DNA of 64,000 nt from an uncultured Planctomycetota bacterium (GCA_963845755.1 CAWJTV010000027.1:1-64000); one strand, 5' to 3'. Positions 10,519 to 21,855 are shown, numbered from the stretch's first letter. Program-made: numbers and translations. Notes: a model not told the origin generated them from the letters alone.

Positions 10519-11412
10519 ATGCGACTGGGTTACAACACCAACGGACTGGCCCATCATCGCCTGCTCGACGCCATCGAGCTACTGGCCGACGAGGGCTTTT
10601 CCAGCATCGCCATCACGCTGGACGCCGGGGCACTCGATCCCTACGAGGAGCCGGCGATCCTGGCGCGGCAGGTCGATCAAGTCCGGCAGGCGCTCGATCG
10701 CCGCGGCCTGGCCCGGGTGATCGAGACCGGTGCGCGCTACCTGCTCAACCCGCGGATCAAGCACGACCCGACGTTGATGGACCCCGATCCCGCGCGCCGC
10801 GCCATCCGGCTGGACTTCCTGCGACGATCCATAGACCTGGCCGCCGCGCTCGGGGCCGAAGCGGTCTCGTTCTGGTCCGGATGCTCGCCGGTGCCCGTCG
10901 GCGAGGAGGAGGGGATGGACCGGCTGGCCGAGGCCCTGAAGCCCGTGCTGGCCCACGCCGAGCGGGCCGGTATGCCCCTGGCCTTCGAACCGGAGCCGGG
11001 CATGTTCGTCGATACCCTCGACCGCTTCGCCCGCCTCGATGAGCGGGTCCGGCATCCCCTGTTCGACCTGACGATCGACGTCGGCCACGTCCATTGTTCG
11101 GCCGAGGGGGACATCGCCGGCCTGTTGCGGCGATGGGGGCCGCGCATCAAGAACATCCACATGGAAGACATGGTGCAGGGAATCCACGAACACCTGATGT
11201 TCGGCCAGGGGACGATGGAGTTCCCGGCCATCTTCCAGGCTCTCCACGACATCGGCTATCAAGGGGGCGTCCACGTCGAGCTGAGCCGGCACAGCCATGT
11301 GGCCGTCGAGGCCGTCCGGTCGTCGGCCGCATTCCTGAAGCCGTTGATCGGATCACGAAGCACCGGGATTCCTCCCACAATGAGGGGGATCGCGGAGCGG
11401 CCGGATCCCTGA
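10519..11412 (+). CDS. Sugar phosphate isomerase/epimerase (TIM barrel, ebo-associated type)
   Basis: MRLGYNTNGLAHHRL, VIETGARYLL, AFEPEPG, TIDVGH, HMEDM..GIHEHL.FG.G, VELSRHSH. Confidence 0.88.
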   Translation: MRLGYNTNGLAHHRLLDAIELLADEGFSSIAITLDAGALDPYEEPAILARQVDQVRQALDRRGLARVIETGARYLLNPRIKHDPTLMDPDPARRAIRLDFLRRSIDLAAALGAEAVSFWSGCSPVPVGEEEGMDRLAEALKPVLAHAERAGMPLAFEPEPGMFVDTLDRFARLDERVRHPLFDLTIDVGHVHCSAEGDIAGLLRRWGPRIKNIHMEDMVQGIHEHLMFGQGTMEFPAIFQALHDIGYQGGVHVELSRHSHVAVEAVRSSAAFLKPLIGSRSTGIPPTMRGIAERPDP

Positions 11413-11555
11413 GAGAGGCCGGACCGGATCCTCGCGATTCGGATCGTTTTTCGCGGTGGCCGGTGGTCACGGCGGGGAAACGGGGTATCCTGGAATCCGG
11501 TCATCTTGTTCCGATCGGAGCGAATCCCTGCGTGGAGTATGAGGGGTGTGAAGGC

Positions 11556-13110
11556 ATGAATACGAGCACAAGCGGCGAGGGCCCTTCGCCGGCCGAATCG
11601 GTCCAGGGCCAGACGAACCGGCGCAGTCCGCTGGGGACCGGCGTGCGGGCACTGCTGCTCCTGGCGGTGAGTGTCGGAGCCATCTTGTGGGCGGCCCGGA
11701 CGGCCTGGATGAACAACCATCCGGTGCAGGCCGCGGCCCAAGGGCTCCAGTCGGGGGACTCATCCCGGCGCGTTGCACGCGGTTCGCCAACTCTGGGCGT
11801 TGGGTACCGGAGCGAGCGGAGAGGTGGTCGACTCCCTGATCCCGGCGCTGAAGGACCCGGATGCCGTCGTACGCGGAACGGCGGCCGAGGCCCTGGGCGT
11901 GGTCGGCTCCAACCTGGTGCGTTCGGAGTCGGATCCCGCGCGGCCGCGGGCCGCGGTGGCCGCCCTGACGGGGATCCTGAAGGATCCCGAGGCCCAAGTT
12001 CGGGGCGCGGCGGCCACGGCGCTGGGGATCATCGTCGGGACCGCGGCCAGGCCGGCCTCGGGGCGGGACTCATCCAAGGCGGCCCAGAAGACCGGGACAC
12101 CGGCATCCTCCATCGATCCGGAGCCGGTGACCACCGCGCTCTTCGACCTGGTGGGCGATCCGGACACCACGGTCCGCCAGGCGGCACTCACCGCCATCCG
12201 CCAGGTCGCTTCGAAGCGACAGGGCCAGCCCCCCCCAGCCCTCTTCGCGGCGATCGAGGATGAATCGGCGACCACGCGGGCGACGGCGATCAGCACCCTG
12301 GTCACATTCTCCAGTGGCCTGGATCCGCTCATCCCCGCCTTGCTCCGCCACCTGGAGCACGATGAGCCGCCGGTGCGCGACGCGTGCAGCCAGGCCCTGC
12401 GCGAGATCCGGCCCGCCGCGCTGACCTCGGCGGTCATCCCCGCGCTGATCGGGGGATTGGAGAGCCCCGAGCGGGACGTTCGGCTTTATCTGGCCTCGCT
12501 CCTGGGCCGGATGTCGCCCGACCCGCGCACGGCCGTCCCCGCGTTGATCAAGGTCCTGCGCGAGCCGATCGATTCCGACCAGACCTCGGCGGGAGGCGGT
12601 GCCATGTCCGTCAGCTATGCGGGCCCCGCCCAGGAGGCGGCCGAGACGCTGGGACGGATCGCGCCGAAGACGCCGATCGCCGGCGATGCCATCCGGGCCT
12701 TGACCGAAGTCGTGCGATCCGGGCCCCCGAAGCGGCGTGCCGCCGCCGCCGCGGCCCTGGGCCAGTTCGGTCCCGCGGCGGCTCAGGCCGCCTCCCCCCT
12801 GGTCACGCTCCTGCAAGGCGCCCTCGCCGATAAGGAACCGACCGCCGACGGCCCCGCGGCCGCTTCCACCCTCGGCCGGATCGCGCCGGGGACACCCGCC
12901 GCCGCCGCCGCCGTGACCGCCCTCGTCGGCGCCCTGGATTCCCCGTTCTCTTCCACCCGGCTCGCCGCCCTCCGGGCGCTCGGCGCGTTCGGGCCCGCGG
13001 CCGTCAACACCGTCGCCAAACTCCGCTCGATCCAAGACAAGGATCTCAATCCCAACATGCGTAAGGCTGCGGCTTCCACCCTGAAGGAACTCGAGGACCG
13101 GACGAAATAG
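11556..13110 (+). CDS. Membrane-anchored HEAT/PBS-lyase repeat protein (frameshift near 11780)
   Basis: N-terminal TM segment (ALLLLAVSVGAILWAA) followed by repeated LKDPD..VR..AA.ALG motifs. Confidence 0.8.
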
Positions 13111-13403
13111 CCGGCTTCCACGAGGAGATACCCCTTCCGGCCTCCCGGTCCCGGACGCGCACCGGCGAAGGCCACCAAAATGAGGCTCACCTGCGAGCCA
13201 TTGTCCGCGATTCTCCGGTCCCGCACAGGGTCTCAATCGTGAGTCTTTGTTCGCATATCTGCCTAGTCTTAATTCATTAATGCTGATGAATCGCGCGTAA
13301 CGCTGTCTACGAAAACGGCAGGCATGCGGAATATTCGGGAATCTTCTCCAACTCATGCTGGTTAGAAACCATGATGAATTGGAAAAAAGGGATAGCCGCG
13401 CCC

Positions 13404-13432
13404 TTGACTGTGTATTTCGCCGATTGTAGTTT
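13404..13432 (+). promoter_or_regulatory. sigma70-like promoter, cassette 1
   Basis: TTGACT-N17-TAGTTT; homologous to 18738-18766; TTAATTCATTAA box 135 bp upstream of the -35. Confidence 0.65.
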
Positions 13433-14588
13433 AATATTCTTTGACGCGAGTTCCGAGATTGACCTCGGCGTTATCCTCTCCGCAGTCCAGACCACCGAAC
13501 TAACTACCTCCGAGGTCGATCTTCAACGCCTAACCAGAAGGGGTTGACTGTCACGCTGCTTTGCTTCCGATATCAATTTCGGCCGCTACTGGTTTCTCCA
13601 TGGCCGTCGGATTTCGGGCCGTAACCCAAGGATTGCGACCGGGTTTCAAGGCTGGCTCGGGCAACATCGAGTCGAATTGACAGGTCGGTATCAAGAAGAA
13701 TGGTTCATGTCAGGACGGATTCCGGAACATCCTCTCACCTCCGGAAATCCCCTCTGCGAACCGGGATCATAAACAGGTGTTCAGAATCCGGACGTGTTTC
13801 GGTTGATGGTGTACCTCAACTTCTGGACATGCCATCCAAACCGTCACGGCCGCGCAAACCCCGGACGGAGCGCGGTTGTGCCTGCTGATGTCAACCGCTG
13901 TTCTCTCTTCGATCGTGGCTCGGCTGGTACAGAATCTGCTTATCTCCGACGAACTCTCGCCATGAAGACGAATGATCCATGATACCTCGTTCGCGGCGGC
14001 GAGCGGACGAATCTCGGGCGGGCACTGAAACTCAAGTATTGAATTCACCTTAACCTTCGTCAATGACCGGATGGAGCAGTTGACTCCTGGCGGTCTGGGC
14101 GAATCCGGCCGGCGAGACAAGATTTGCCAGCTTTGCCGGCCTCGATCGATCCCCGGACCGGTCGGATCGATCGTGTTAGAAGATCATGGGTTTTCCGAAG
14201 TGTTGATCGAAACCGGGGATCCATGGGGTAAGAGTAAGAGAGAAACGCGTCTCTGATGGTCTCAGTCACGAATCCCCTGGTCTCCGCGCAGAAAAAAGAT
14301 TGGGACGCCGTGATGTTTCATCGAGGGACGCCCATCTGGTAAGGAGTTCAACTTCTACCAAACGAATCCACGGCCATCCTGGAGTGCAGGCATGGTGATT
14401 CGGCTCCGGTTGGGACGATTCCAGCGAATTGCGATAGGGGCATCCGGTGTGGTGTGCTCCGATTCTGAGTTTCACGGCGGTTTGCTAGTGGGATCGTGGG
14501 ATATCGTCACGGACTGAAATCACTGACAAGGCCGCCTGGCTGCGTGCAGGCAACATGCGATTTTCATCATCATCCCAGGAGAATCTCA

Positions 14589-14834
14589 ATGCGGTTTCGC
14601 GGACTCTCAACGGCGTTGGCCGGCTCGATGATCGTTGGAGCCTCAACCATGATCGGTTGCGACTCCGAAACGCCGGTTGACCCCAAGGCCGCCGCGGCGA
14701 CCCAGGCCGCCTTGGAGCAACAGAATAAAACACTTGCGGAAAGTGTTAAGAATAACCCACGTGTCAAGGGTGCCGTGCCCAAATCGATCAAGGGTGGTCT
14801 TCATATCAATCCCCCGGCTGGGGGCAAGGAATGA
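14589..14834 (+). CDS. Small lipoprotein preceding DUF1559 gene 1
   Basis: AGGAG RBS; signal peptide ending MIGC; Lys/Pro-rich tail with KSIK. Confidence 0.7.
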   Translation: MRFRGLSTALAGSMIVGASTMIGCDSETPVDPKAAAATQAALEQQNKTLAESVKNNPRVKGAVPKSIKGGLHINPPAGGKE

Positions 14835-14894
14835 CATCCTGATCCGGTCCGTCTCTTCCTTCCAAGCTCATCTTTTCTTTCAGGAGACCCATCG

Positions 14895-15957
14895 ATGACG
14901 CAATCAGTCGGTCGCAGGACGACCTCCCGGGGCTTCACGTTGATTGAACTCCTCGTGGTCATCGCCATCATCGCCGTCCTCATCGCCTTGCTCTTGCCGG
15001 CGGTCCAGGCGGCGCGCGAGGCTGCTCGACGGGCCCAATGCACCAACAATCTGAAGCAGTTGGGGTTGGCGATGCACAACTACATCAGCACCAACAATGT
15101 CTTGCCTCAGGGCATCCAGTTCCAGGGGCCATTCGGGGGCTACTGCTGGACCAGCGGTGGCTGGACGCTCCCCGCCCTGCAGTACACCGAGCAACTACCT
15201 CTATTCAACGCGATCAATTTCAACTGGGATATGTACACCGCGCCGAACTCCACGATCAACGGCACGGGCGTGTCCTTGCTGTGGTGCCCGAGCGATCCGG
15301 TGATCACCGGCTTGAACCACTTCTATTCGGGTGGCGGGCTCGACGGGTCGAACTTCACTATGTACTACACCTCCTACGCCGCCAGCACGGGTGAGTTCTT
15401 CACGTTCTCGGCGACCTATGTCGGACCGGGCTGCATCTTCAACGGCGATAGCACGCCGGGCGGTGCGCAAATGAACGGGCTCGTCTATCTGCTCAGCCAC
15501 ATCGGATTGCAGTCCATCACCGATGGTACGAGCAATACGATGCTGGCGTCGGAGCGAGCCTCACGGCAAGTACACCGGAGGGGACGTCTATTGCTGGAAT
15601 TGGTGGACCTCGGGCAACTACGGCGACACCATGTTCTGCACGCTCTACCCGATGAACCCCTTCAACAAGATCGCGAATTATACGGGCATTCTGGACGGTG
15701 GTGCCGATTCCTATGTCGCATCGGCGGGCAGCTTCCACCCCGGTGGCGCGAACTTCGCGTTCTGCGACGGCTCGGTCAAATTCCTCAAGGATTCCATCAG
15801 TAGCTGGCAGATCTTGACCACCGGGTATCCCGTCGGCGTGACCCGGCCGGGCGGTGGTTCCACACCCTACATCGTGGCACCAGGCACGAAGGTCGGGGTT
15901 TACCAGCAGCTCTCGACCCGCAACGGCGGCGAGGTGGTCAGCTCCGACCAGTATTGA
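14895..15957 (+). CDS. DUF1559 / prepilin-type N-terminal / H-X9-DG protein 1 (frameshift near 15560)
   Basis: [66 protein letters not shown]. Confidence 0.92.
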
Positions 15958-16004
15958 TCGGACGATCGGCCCGCTTCCGGGCCTTCGTTGCGAAGCTTCG
16001 CTCA

Positions 16005-16039
16005 AGAGAGCCAGGGCCCTGGGCCCTGGTTCTCTTTTT
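16005..16039 (+). terminator. Hairpin/intrinsic terminator after DUF1559 gene 1
   Basis: AGAGAGCCAGGGCCC-T-GGGCCCTGGTTCTCT followed by TTTT. Confidence 0.7.
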
Positions 16040-16187
16040 GGTTGGCGAAGTGCGTCGAGCATCCGCCGCCGGACGGCGGGCCTCGCCTGGCCCGTCGCCG
16101 GTGGCCGCACGACGCGAATTCCTCCGGGGAATCGCGACCGGGGGCGTGGGAGCGGGGAAACCGTGCGGGGTTGGCCCGTCGCGAGGT

Positions 16188-18185
16188 ATGATCGCTCTGA
16201 TGAGCACATCGAACGCGGCCCCGACGGATCGGACAGTATCCCCACCGGTGCACCCTCCACCGGGGTCCCCACTTCGGCTCAAACCGATGGACGTGCTCTT
16301 GCTCTCGGCCTGGTGCGGCCTGGCGGCCGGGCTGCTCGAGGTGGGGGTGAGGATCCTGGGCAGGGTGCTCGATCCCCGCAACAGTTTATACCTGCGGAGC
16401 CGCCATTTCGTCTGGGTAGTCCCGCTCTCGAATCTCCTGCTCTTCGCCGTCGCGGGCATGGTCCTGGCGGCGGTGACGCGACTCTGGCCTCGGCGTGGAG
16501 GCTGGCTCTGTCCCCGCCTTATCGTTTTCTGGGCCGCGCTGCCGGTGCTCTCGGTATCCAGTACCCGGATCTATCCGATCGCCTGGGCAGTCCTGGCGCT
16601 GGGGATTGCCGTGATACTCGCTCGCGGCCTCGAGCGCCCGGGAACCCGGCTCCGGTGGCGGCTGCTGGCGAGTTTTCCCGGCCTTCTGGCCCTGGTCCTG
16701 ATCTCGGCCGGTTCCGTCTTCGGTGGAGACTGGCTCAAGCAGCGGCGGGAAGCCGGCCATCCTCGGCCCGGACCCGACTCTCCGAACGTGCTCCTGGTCG
16801 TGCTGGACACGGTCCGCGCGGACCATCTGAGCCTTTACGGCTACGAGCGCCCCACCAGCCCGAATCTGGAGCGGCTGGCGGGGCGGGGAATCCCGTTCCA
16901 GGAGGCGCGAGCGACCGCCCCCTGGACGCTCGCCTCGCACGCCAGTTTCCTCACGGGGCGCTGGCCCCATGAGCTCCGGCCGGAATGGATGACTCCCCTG
17001 CATTGGAGCTCCCCCACGCTCGCCGAATTCCTGGGGACGAACGGCTATGCCACCGCGGGATTCGTCGCCAACGTCCTCTACTGTTCCTATGACACGGGGA
17101 TGGATCGGGGCTTCACCGAGTATCAGGATTATGTCCCGACGCGATTGGGGTTACTCCGGACGGCCTGGCTCATGGACCGGGCGCTGCTCACGACCGCCGA
17201 CCTCGGGCTCTGGGCGACCCGGAACCTGGGCCTGGGGGCCTTGCAGGCCCGCTTCGGGGCGATGCTCCAGCCGCTGCTCGAGATGGATCGCAAGAAGGAC
17301 GCCTCCGAGGTGAACCGGGAATTCCTCGGCTGGCTAACCCGGCGCGCGGAACCGGGCCGGCCCTTCTTCGCATTCCTCAATTATTATGATGCTCATGCAC
17401 CGTACGTCTTGCCTCAGGGGGGCGACTACCGCTTCGGGCTGCCGCCCCAGGATCAGGCGGATTTCCGGGTCCTGGTCGAGGAATGGCAGAATATCCACGA
17501 TAAACCGCGGCTCCCGCCCCACTACCGCACCCTGGCTCGAGACTGTTACGACAATTGTCTGGCCTATCTGGATGCGCAGTTGGGTGCGTTGTTTGATGAA
17601 TTGCAACGGCGCGGCGTGCTGGATCGAACCCTGGTGATCGTCGTCGGCGATCACGGGGAAGGATTGGGCGAGCACGAGCTGTTCGACCACGGTGAGAGCC
17701 TTTATCGGACCGAGGTCCGGGTCCCACTCCTGATCGTGCCGCCTTCTCGGAGCCGGCTCCAACGCGTGGTGGCCGAACCGGTCAGCCTTCGCGATTTGCC
17801 GGCGACGATCGTCGACCTGGCCGGCCTGGGGACGGGGTCTCCGTTTCCGGGCCGGTCGTTGGCCAGGCTCTGGCGTGAGCCGCCCGCCGGGGAGACGAGC
17901 TCGAGGGTCCGCGACGGAGCGATCTCCGAGTTGCAGAGCCCGAACCCGTCCGATCCGAATCACGGCCGGTCGCCGGCTTATCGCGGCCCGCTGATCTCCC
18001 TGGCGATGGGCGATTACGTCTACATCCTCAATCAAGGGGATGGGACCGAGGAACTCTTCAACGAGCGCGAGGATCCACGCGAGCTCATCAACCGAGCGGG
18101 GGATCAGGCGGTGCAGCCGCTACTTCGACAGTTCCGCAGCGACCTGGATCAGTGGAAAGCCGGTTCCTCCCATTCCGCGGATTGA
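16188..18185 (+). CDS. Membrane-anchored sulfatase-like hydrolase/transferase (alkaline phosphatase superfamily)
   Basis: About five N-terminal TM segments; PNVLLVVLDTVRADH; APWTLASHAS.LTG; FLNYYDAHAPY; GDHGE..GEH..FDHG. Confidence 0.88.
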   Translation: MIALMSTSNAAPTDRTVSPPVHPPPGSPLRLKPMDVLLLSAWCGLAAGLLEVGVRILGRVLDPRNSLYLRSRHFVWVVPLSNLLLFAVAGMVLAAVTRLWPRRGGWLCPRLIVFWAALPVLSVSSTRIYPIAWAVLALGIAVILARGLERPGTRLRWRLLASFPGLLALVLISAGSVFGGDWLKQRREAGHPRPGPDSPNVLLVVLDTVRADHLSLYGYERPTSPNLERLAGRGIPFQEARATAPWTLASHASFLTGRWPHELRPEWMTPLHWSSPTLAEFLGTNGYATAGFVANVLYCSYDTGMDRGFTEYQDYVPTRLGLLRTAWLMDRALLTTADLGLWATRNLGLGALQARFGAMLQPLLEMDRKKDASEVNREFLGWLTRRAEPGRPFFAFLNYYDAHAPYVLPQGGDYRFGLPPQDQADFRVLVEEWQNIHDKPRLPPHYRTLARDCYDNCLAYLDAQLGALFDELQRRGVLDRTLVIVVGDHGEGLGEHELFDHGESLYRTEVRVPLLIVPPSRSRLQRVVAEPVSLRDLPATIVDLAGLGTGSPFPGRSLARLWREPPAGETSSRVRDGAISELQSPNPSDPNHGRSPAYRGPLISLAMGDYVYILNQGDGTEELFNEREDPRELINRAGDQAVQPLLRQFRSDLDQWKAGSSHSAD

Positions 18186-18298
18186 TCGGGTCATCCGGGT
18201 TCCGTGACAAGGCGTCTCACGGTCGGGCTCGACCGGATCACCCCGCGTCGCCGCCTCCCCGCGACCGGGTCGAGCGTACCTCCTTGCGCGGCTCAAAA

Positions 18299-18430
18299 TA
18301 CGAAGCTCTTCGTAAAAACGCGGGGTTTGAGATTGACGAAGGGGCGGATCCCGCGTCGAAGCGCGAGATTCCCCGTCCGACCGATGCAGAGTTGCTCATT
18401 CTGCGTGTGTTTTGGGAGGAAGTGGAGTGA
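18299..18430 (+). pseudogene. Truncated blaI-like 5' fragment with one operator
   Basis: TACGAAGCTCTTCGTA at 18299-18314; reads (A)SKREIPRPTDAELLILRVFWEE*, matching MSKREIPRPTDAELAILRVLWQE at 23883; start GTG replaced by GCG. Confidence 0.85.
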
Positions 18431-18737
18431 TGGTTCGTCGCTGGAACCATTAGTGCAGGAGAGGGGTTAGGTCTAGAGACACGGTCCGAGCATCGGCGAT
18501 TTGCCACCGCGAGCCTCTCCGCGCAGAGTCGTCGCGGCTAACGATTCTCTGTTCCGGGACAGGCGGCTGAAGGGAGACTCCAATCGTTGCTCTGCCTATT
18601 TTTAATTCATTAATGCTTACCAAACGAGCGATCCCTAGGTCTTCAAAAGGACATGCATTCTGTGAACCAGTGGTCTTCATTAATCGGATTTGGGTAGGAA
18701 ACCACGAATGAATTGAGAATATGGCATTGCTGCGCCC

Positions 18738-18766
18738 TTGACTGTGTGGTTTGTGGGTTGTAATTT
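18738..18766 (+). promoter_or_regulatory. sigma70-like promoter, cassette 2
   Basis: TTGACT-N17-TAATTT; TTAATTCATTAA box at 18602-18613. Confidence 0.65.
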
Positions 18767-19221
18767 TAATTCCTTAGGTAGATTCTCAGAGACGTACTCG
18801 GCGATGCCCTCCTCCAGCGAGTGAACCTCCCTCTGTTTCTTGGTCACGCCTTCCCTGACCATCGCGCCGGAGAAAAAACGGGGCCACGATATCCCATCTG
18901 AGGATCGCATGGTTTGCAGGTGTGTACCTTGCAGAGCAACCGAATCGGGGCGGTTCTTATGAACTTTTGTTCACTTGACGCCTGAGGCGCAACCGACTTC
19001 TCAAGTTCCGTGCATGCGGACGCGTCGGTTGAACCTCCCTGATTCGCCCTCTGGACGCGTACAGTGGACGTTCGTTCCATCCTCTTCGATCATTGGCGGA
19101 GCGTAATCGGAAACATGGCCGGGGTTGAAGGCGGCGCCGACCGTTGACCTTCTCAGATGGGCCTCCGTCGCAATCGGCATGGATTCTATCTTCCAATCAA
19201 ACCAGAGAGGGTTTCTCATCC

Positions 19222-19425
19222 ATGAAGTTTTCCTCTCGAGAACTTCCGGCCTACGCGCGCTGGTCGAAAGTCCTTGTCGTCCCGATGATCCTCGTCCTCC
19301 TTCAAGGCTGTGCGGATACGGGACCGCCGCCGGATGAGAAGTTCAAGAGTACGCCGGTCGCGCCGCCGAAGCCACCCAATATGATGAAGGGGGGGGCGAC
19401 CGTGAAGGTGAAATCGATCAAGTGA
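19222..19425 (+). CDS. Small lipoprotein preceding DUF1559 gene 2
   Basis: Lipobox LQGC; Pro/Lys-rich tail ending KSIK. Confidence 0.7.
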   Translation: MKFSSRELPAYARWSKVLVVPMILVLLQGCADTGPPPDEKFKSTPVAPPKPPNMMKGGATVKVKSIK

Positions 19426-19530
19426 TCGTTCCTGGTGTTCTTCCGGAATCGTTGGCTTCTTCCAGGGCATGCCGGTGGCCGGGGATGACGGTGTTTTCGT
19501 CGTTATTCTTCTTTTGAAGAAAGGTGGTAC

Positions 19531-20621
19531 ATGATGAGTCAAAGACGTGAGCGTTCGATGAGGCATCGTGGCTTCACGCTGATCGAGCTGCTGGTGGTGA
19601 TCGCGATCATCGCCGTGCTGATCGCCTTGCTGCTCCCGGCCGTGCAGGCGGCCCGCGAGGCGGCCCGCCGGGCCCAATGTACCAACAACATGAAGCAGTT
19701 GGCGTTGGCGACCCACAACTACATCGGCTCGAACAACTGCTTGCCGATGGGCTTGATTGACACGATCAACGACCCTTGGTTGCCGGGCTATGAGATCACG
19801 AGCTTCGGTCCGATGATCCCGCTGATGCAGTATACCGAGCAGACGGCCCTGTTCAACGCGATGAATTTCAGCATTTGCATGTGGGACGTGCCGAACACGA
19901 CCGTCGTCGCGACGGGCCTATCCGTCCTCTGGTGCCCCTCGGACCCCGGGGTCGAACAGCCCTACACGGGGAACTACACGGCGTTTGGTGCCACGGCACC
20001 CTCCCCGATGCGGTACAGCAGCTATTCGGGTAACGCCGGGACCTGGTTCAATGACATCTGGGCCAACTTCTACAATCCGCCGACCGGCAATCAGATCATG
20101 AACGGCGTGTTCTACGCGTTCAGCACCACCCAGCTCGCCTCGATCACCGATGGTACGAGCAACACGATCATGATGGGCGAGCACACGCGATTCATCGAGA
20201 ATTCGACCGACCAGGTGTGCTGGCACTGGTGGCCCTCGGGCAACTATGGCGACACGATCTTCACGTCGTTCTGGCCCATCAATCCCCTGAAGAAGCTCCC
20301 CTATAGCTGTACCGGTACGCCGGGCGCCAGTTCGCGGTCCAGGCCGCGTCCAGCATGCACCCCGGCGGAGCCAACTTCGCCTTCATGGACGGCTCGGTTC
20401 GGTTCATCAAGGAAACGATCTCTTGCTGGGCGAACAACGTCAACAATAACCTCGGCACGGGTGCGGCGACCTGCGTGCCCCCAGGCATCACCTCCACGAC
20501 CTCCAGCGCCGGCGACTCCCCGATCTGGAGCGTCACCCAGCAGGGCGGCCAGGTGTTCGGCGTCTACCAGATGCTCTCGACCCGCAACGGCGGCGAGGTC
20601 ATCAGCTCCGATTCCTACTGA
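19531..20621 (+). CDS. DUF1559 / prepilin-type / H-X9-DG protein 2 (frameshift near 20325)
   Basis: [50 protein letters not shown]. Confidence 0.92.
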
Positions 20622-20658
20622 TCGACCGAGACCGGCCACCACCGGCAGAGAACGATCC

Positions 20659-20691
20659 GACGAGAGCCAAGGTCCCGCCTTGGCTCTCGTC
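20659..20691 (+). terminator. Hairpin after DUF1559 gene 2
   Basis: GACGAGAGCCAAGG-TCCCG-CCTTGGCTCTCGTC. Confidence 0.6.
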
Positions 20692-21352
20692 ATTTCTCCA
20701 CCCGATGGATCGCTCCGGGGCCTTGCCCCAGGCATCAGCGAACGACTTGTTCCCACCCTCCCGCCTGGGAACACTCCTCTGCGGACTCTGGCGGGAAAGG
20801 TCGGCGACGGTGCGCGGGAATCGAGGTCTCACTCGTGGACTGACCGCGTCTAGTTCTTGATCGGCCTCGCCTAAATCCTTAGCACATCGGACAGCCATTC
20901 CAACGAAGGAACTCGTCGAATCGAGGGACGACGGGAGCATATCCACGGAAAAACCAGGAAATTGAGATCGTCCCATCCTAATTGTTTAATCGTAATCGTC
21001 CGGCATAGATCTTGCGAACTAAGTGCCGGTCGCATCAGCAAAGATTGGCCGCTGCGGAGACGATGATCGCGTTGCGGAGTGATGCGAGTATCCGGCGGTT
21101 TCCACAACGCAAGTATCTTCTACGTCGGATTTTCGGACAATTCTCGCGTCCTCCGCCAACGAACGAATTCATGGGATTCTGCCAGTGCATACCATCACGA
21201 GTATTGCGATGACAAGACTATCGATAAAAAGTGCAAGCCGTCGAAGTTGGGCCCTGGGCTTTGGCACGGGGCGAGTTGCACGCACCCTGCACCAATGGCT
21301 TCCGACCGGCCTGGAATCGACGCAACAACCAACTTATTAGTAGAGGAGAATC

Positions 21353-21381
21353 TTGACGGCATGGATGCCGATGGGTAATTT
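21353..21381 (+). promoter_or_regulatory. sigma70-like promoter, cassette 3
   Basis: TTGACG-N17-TAATTT, same geometry as the other two cassettes. Confidence 0.55.
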
Positions 21382-21855
21382 GTAACAAGTCATGAGGACC
21401 AAACCGTTCGCGCACGGCGAAGGGGCTGGGCCGTCGGGCTCATCAACTGTGAGAAGGCAGCGAAGGGTTCTTTGCTCCCGGGTCCGGAACGGAAACTGTC
21501 GCTCACTGGAGGCGAGTTTCGAGCCGCTGATGTCACGTTCATTCGCCCGAATGATAAGATTGACGTGGCTGGGTGATCCCGAAATGCTGGCTGCCTGGAG
21601 ATTTCGGTATCCGTCAGTCGAAGGACTGAGCTGGCTTTGATCGGTGGTGCCTATCACATTGATCTGGTCACGCCATCAATATGAGTCGCGCCGGCGCAGT
21701 GTCACGATTCGTCTTTTCCTCGACTGAGATGGCCTCGAACTCTTCCGCCAGGGCCGGATCGGAACACGGACGATGGTCACCCAAGGCCGCTGGACTAATT
21801 TCATAGATCCGAACGCGCGAGTTCGTGCCGCATTCCAGAGGGAGATCCTTATTCC

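Noticed and set aside
9574..11412. Apparent Uma2-isomerase fusion (612 aa)
   Set aside because: Created by a frameshift in the Uma2 tail; Uma2 has its own stop at 10472 and the isomerase its own start at 10519.
13307..18910. Similar minus-strand mini-ORFs at 13307-13495 and 18680-18910 (TVKGAA motif)
   Set aside because: The similarity coincides with the conserved plus-strand promoter; starts and stops are not conserved.
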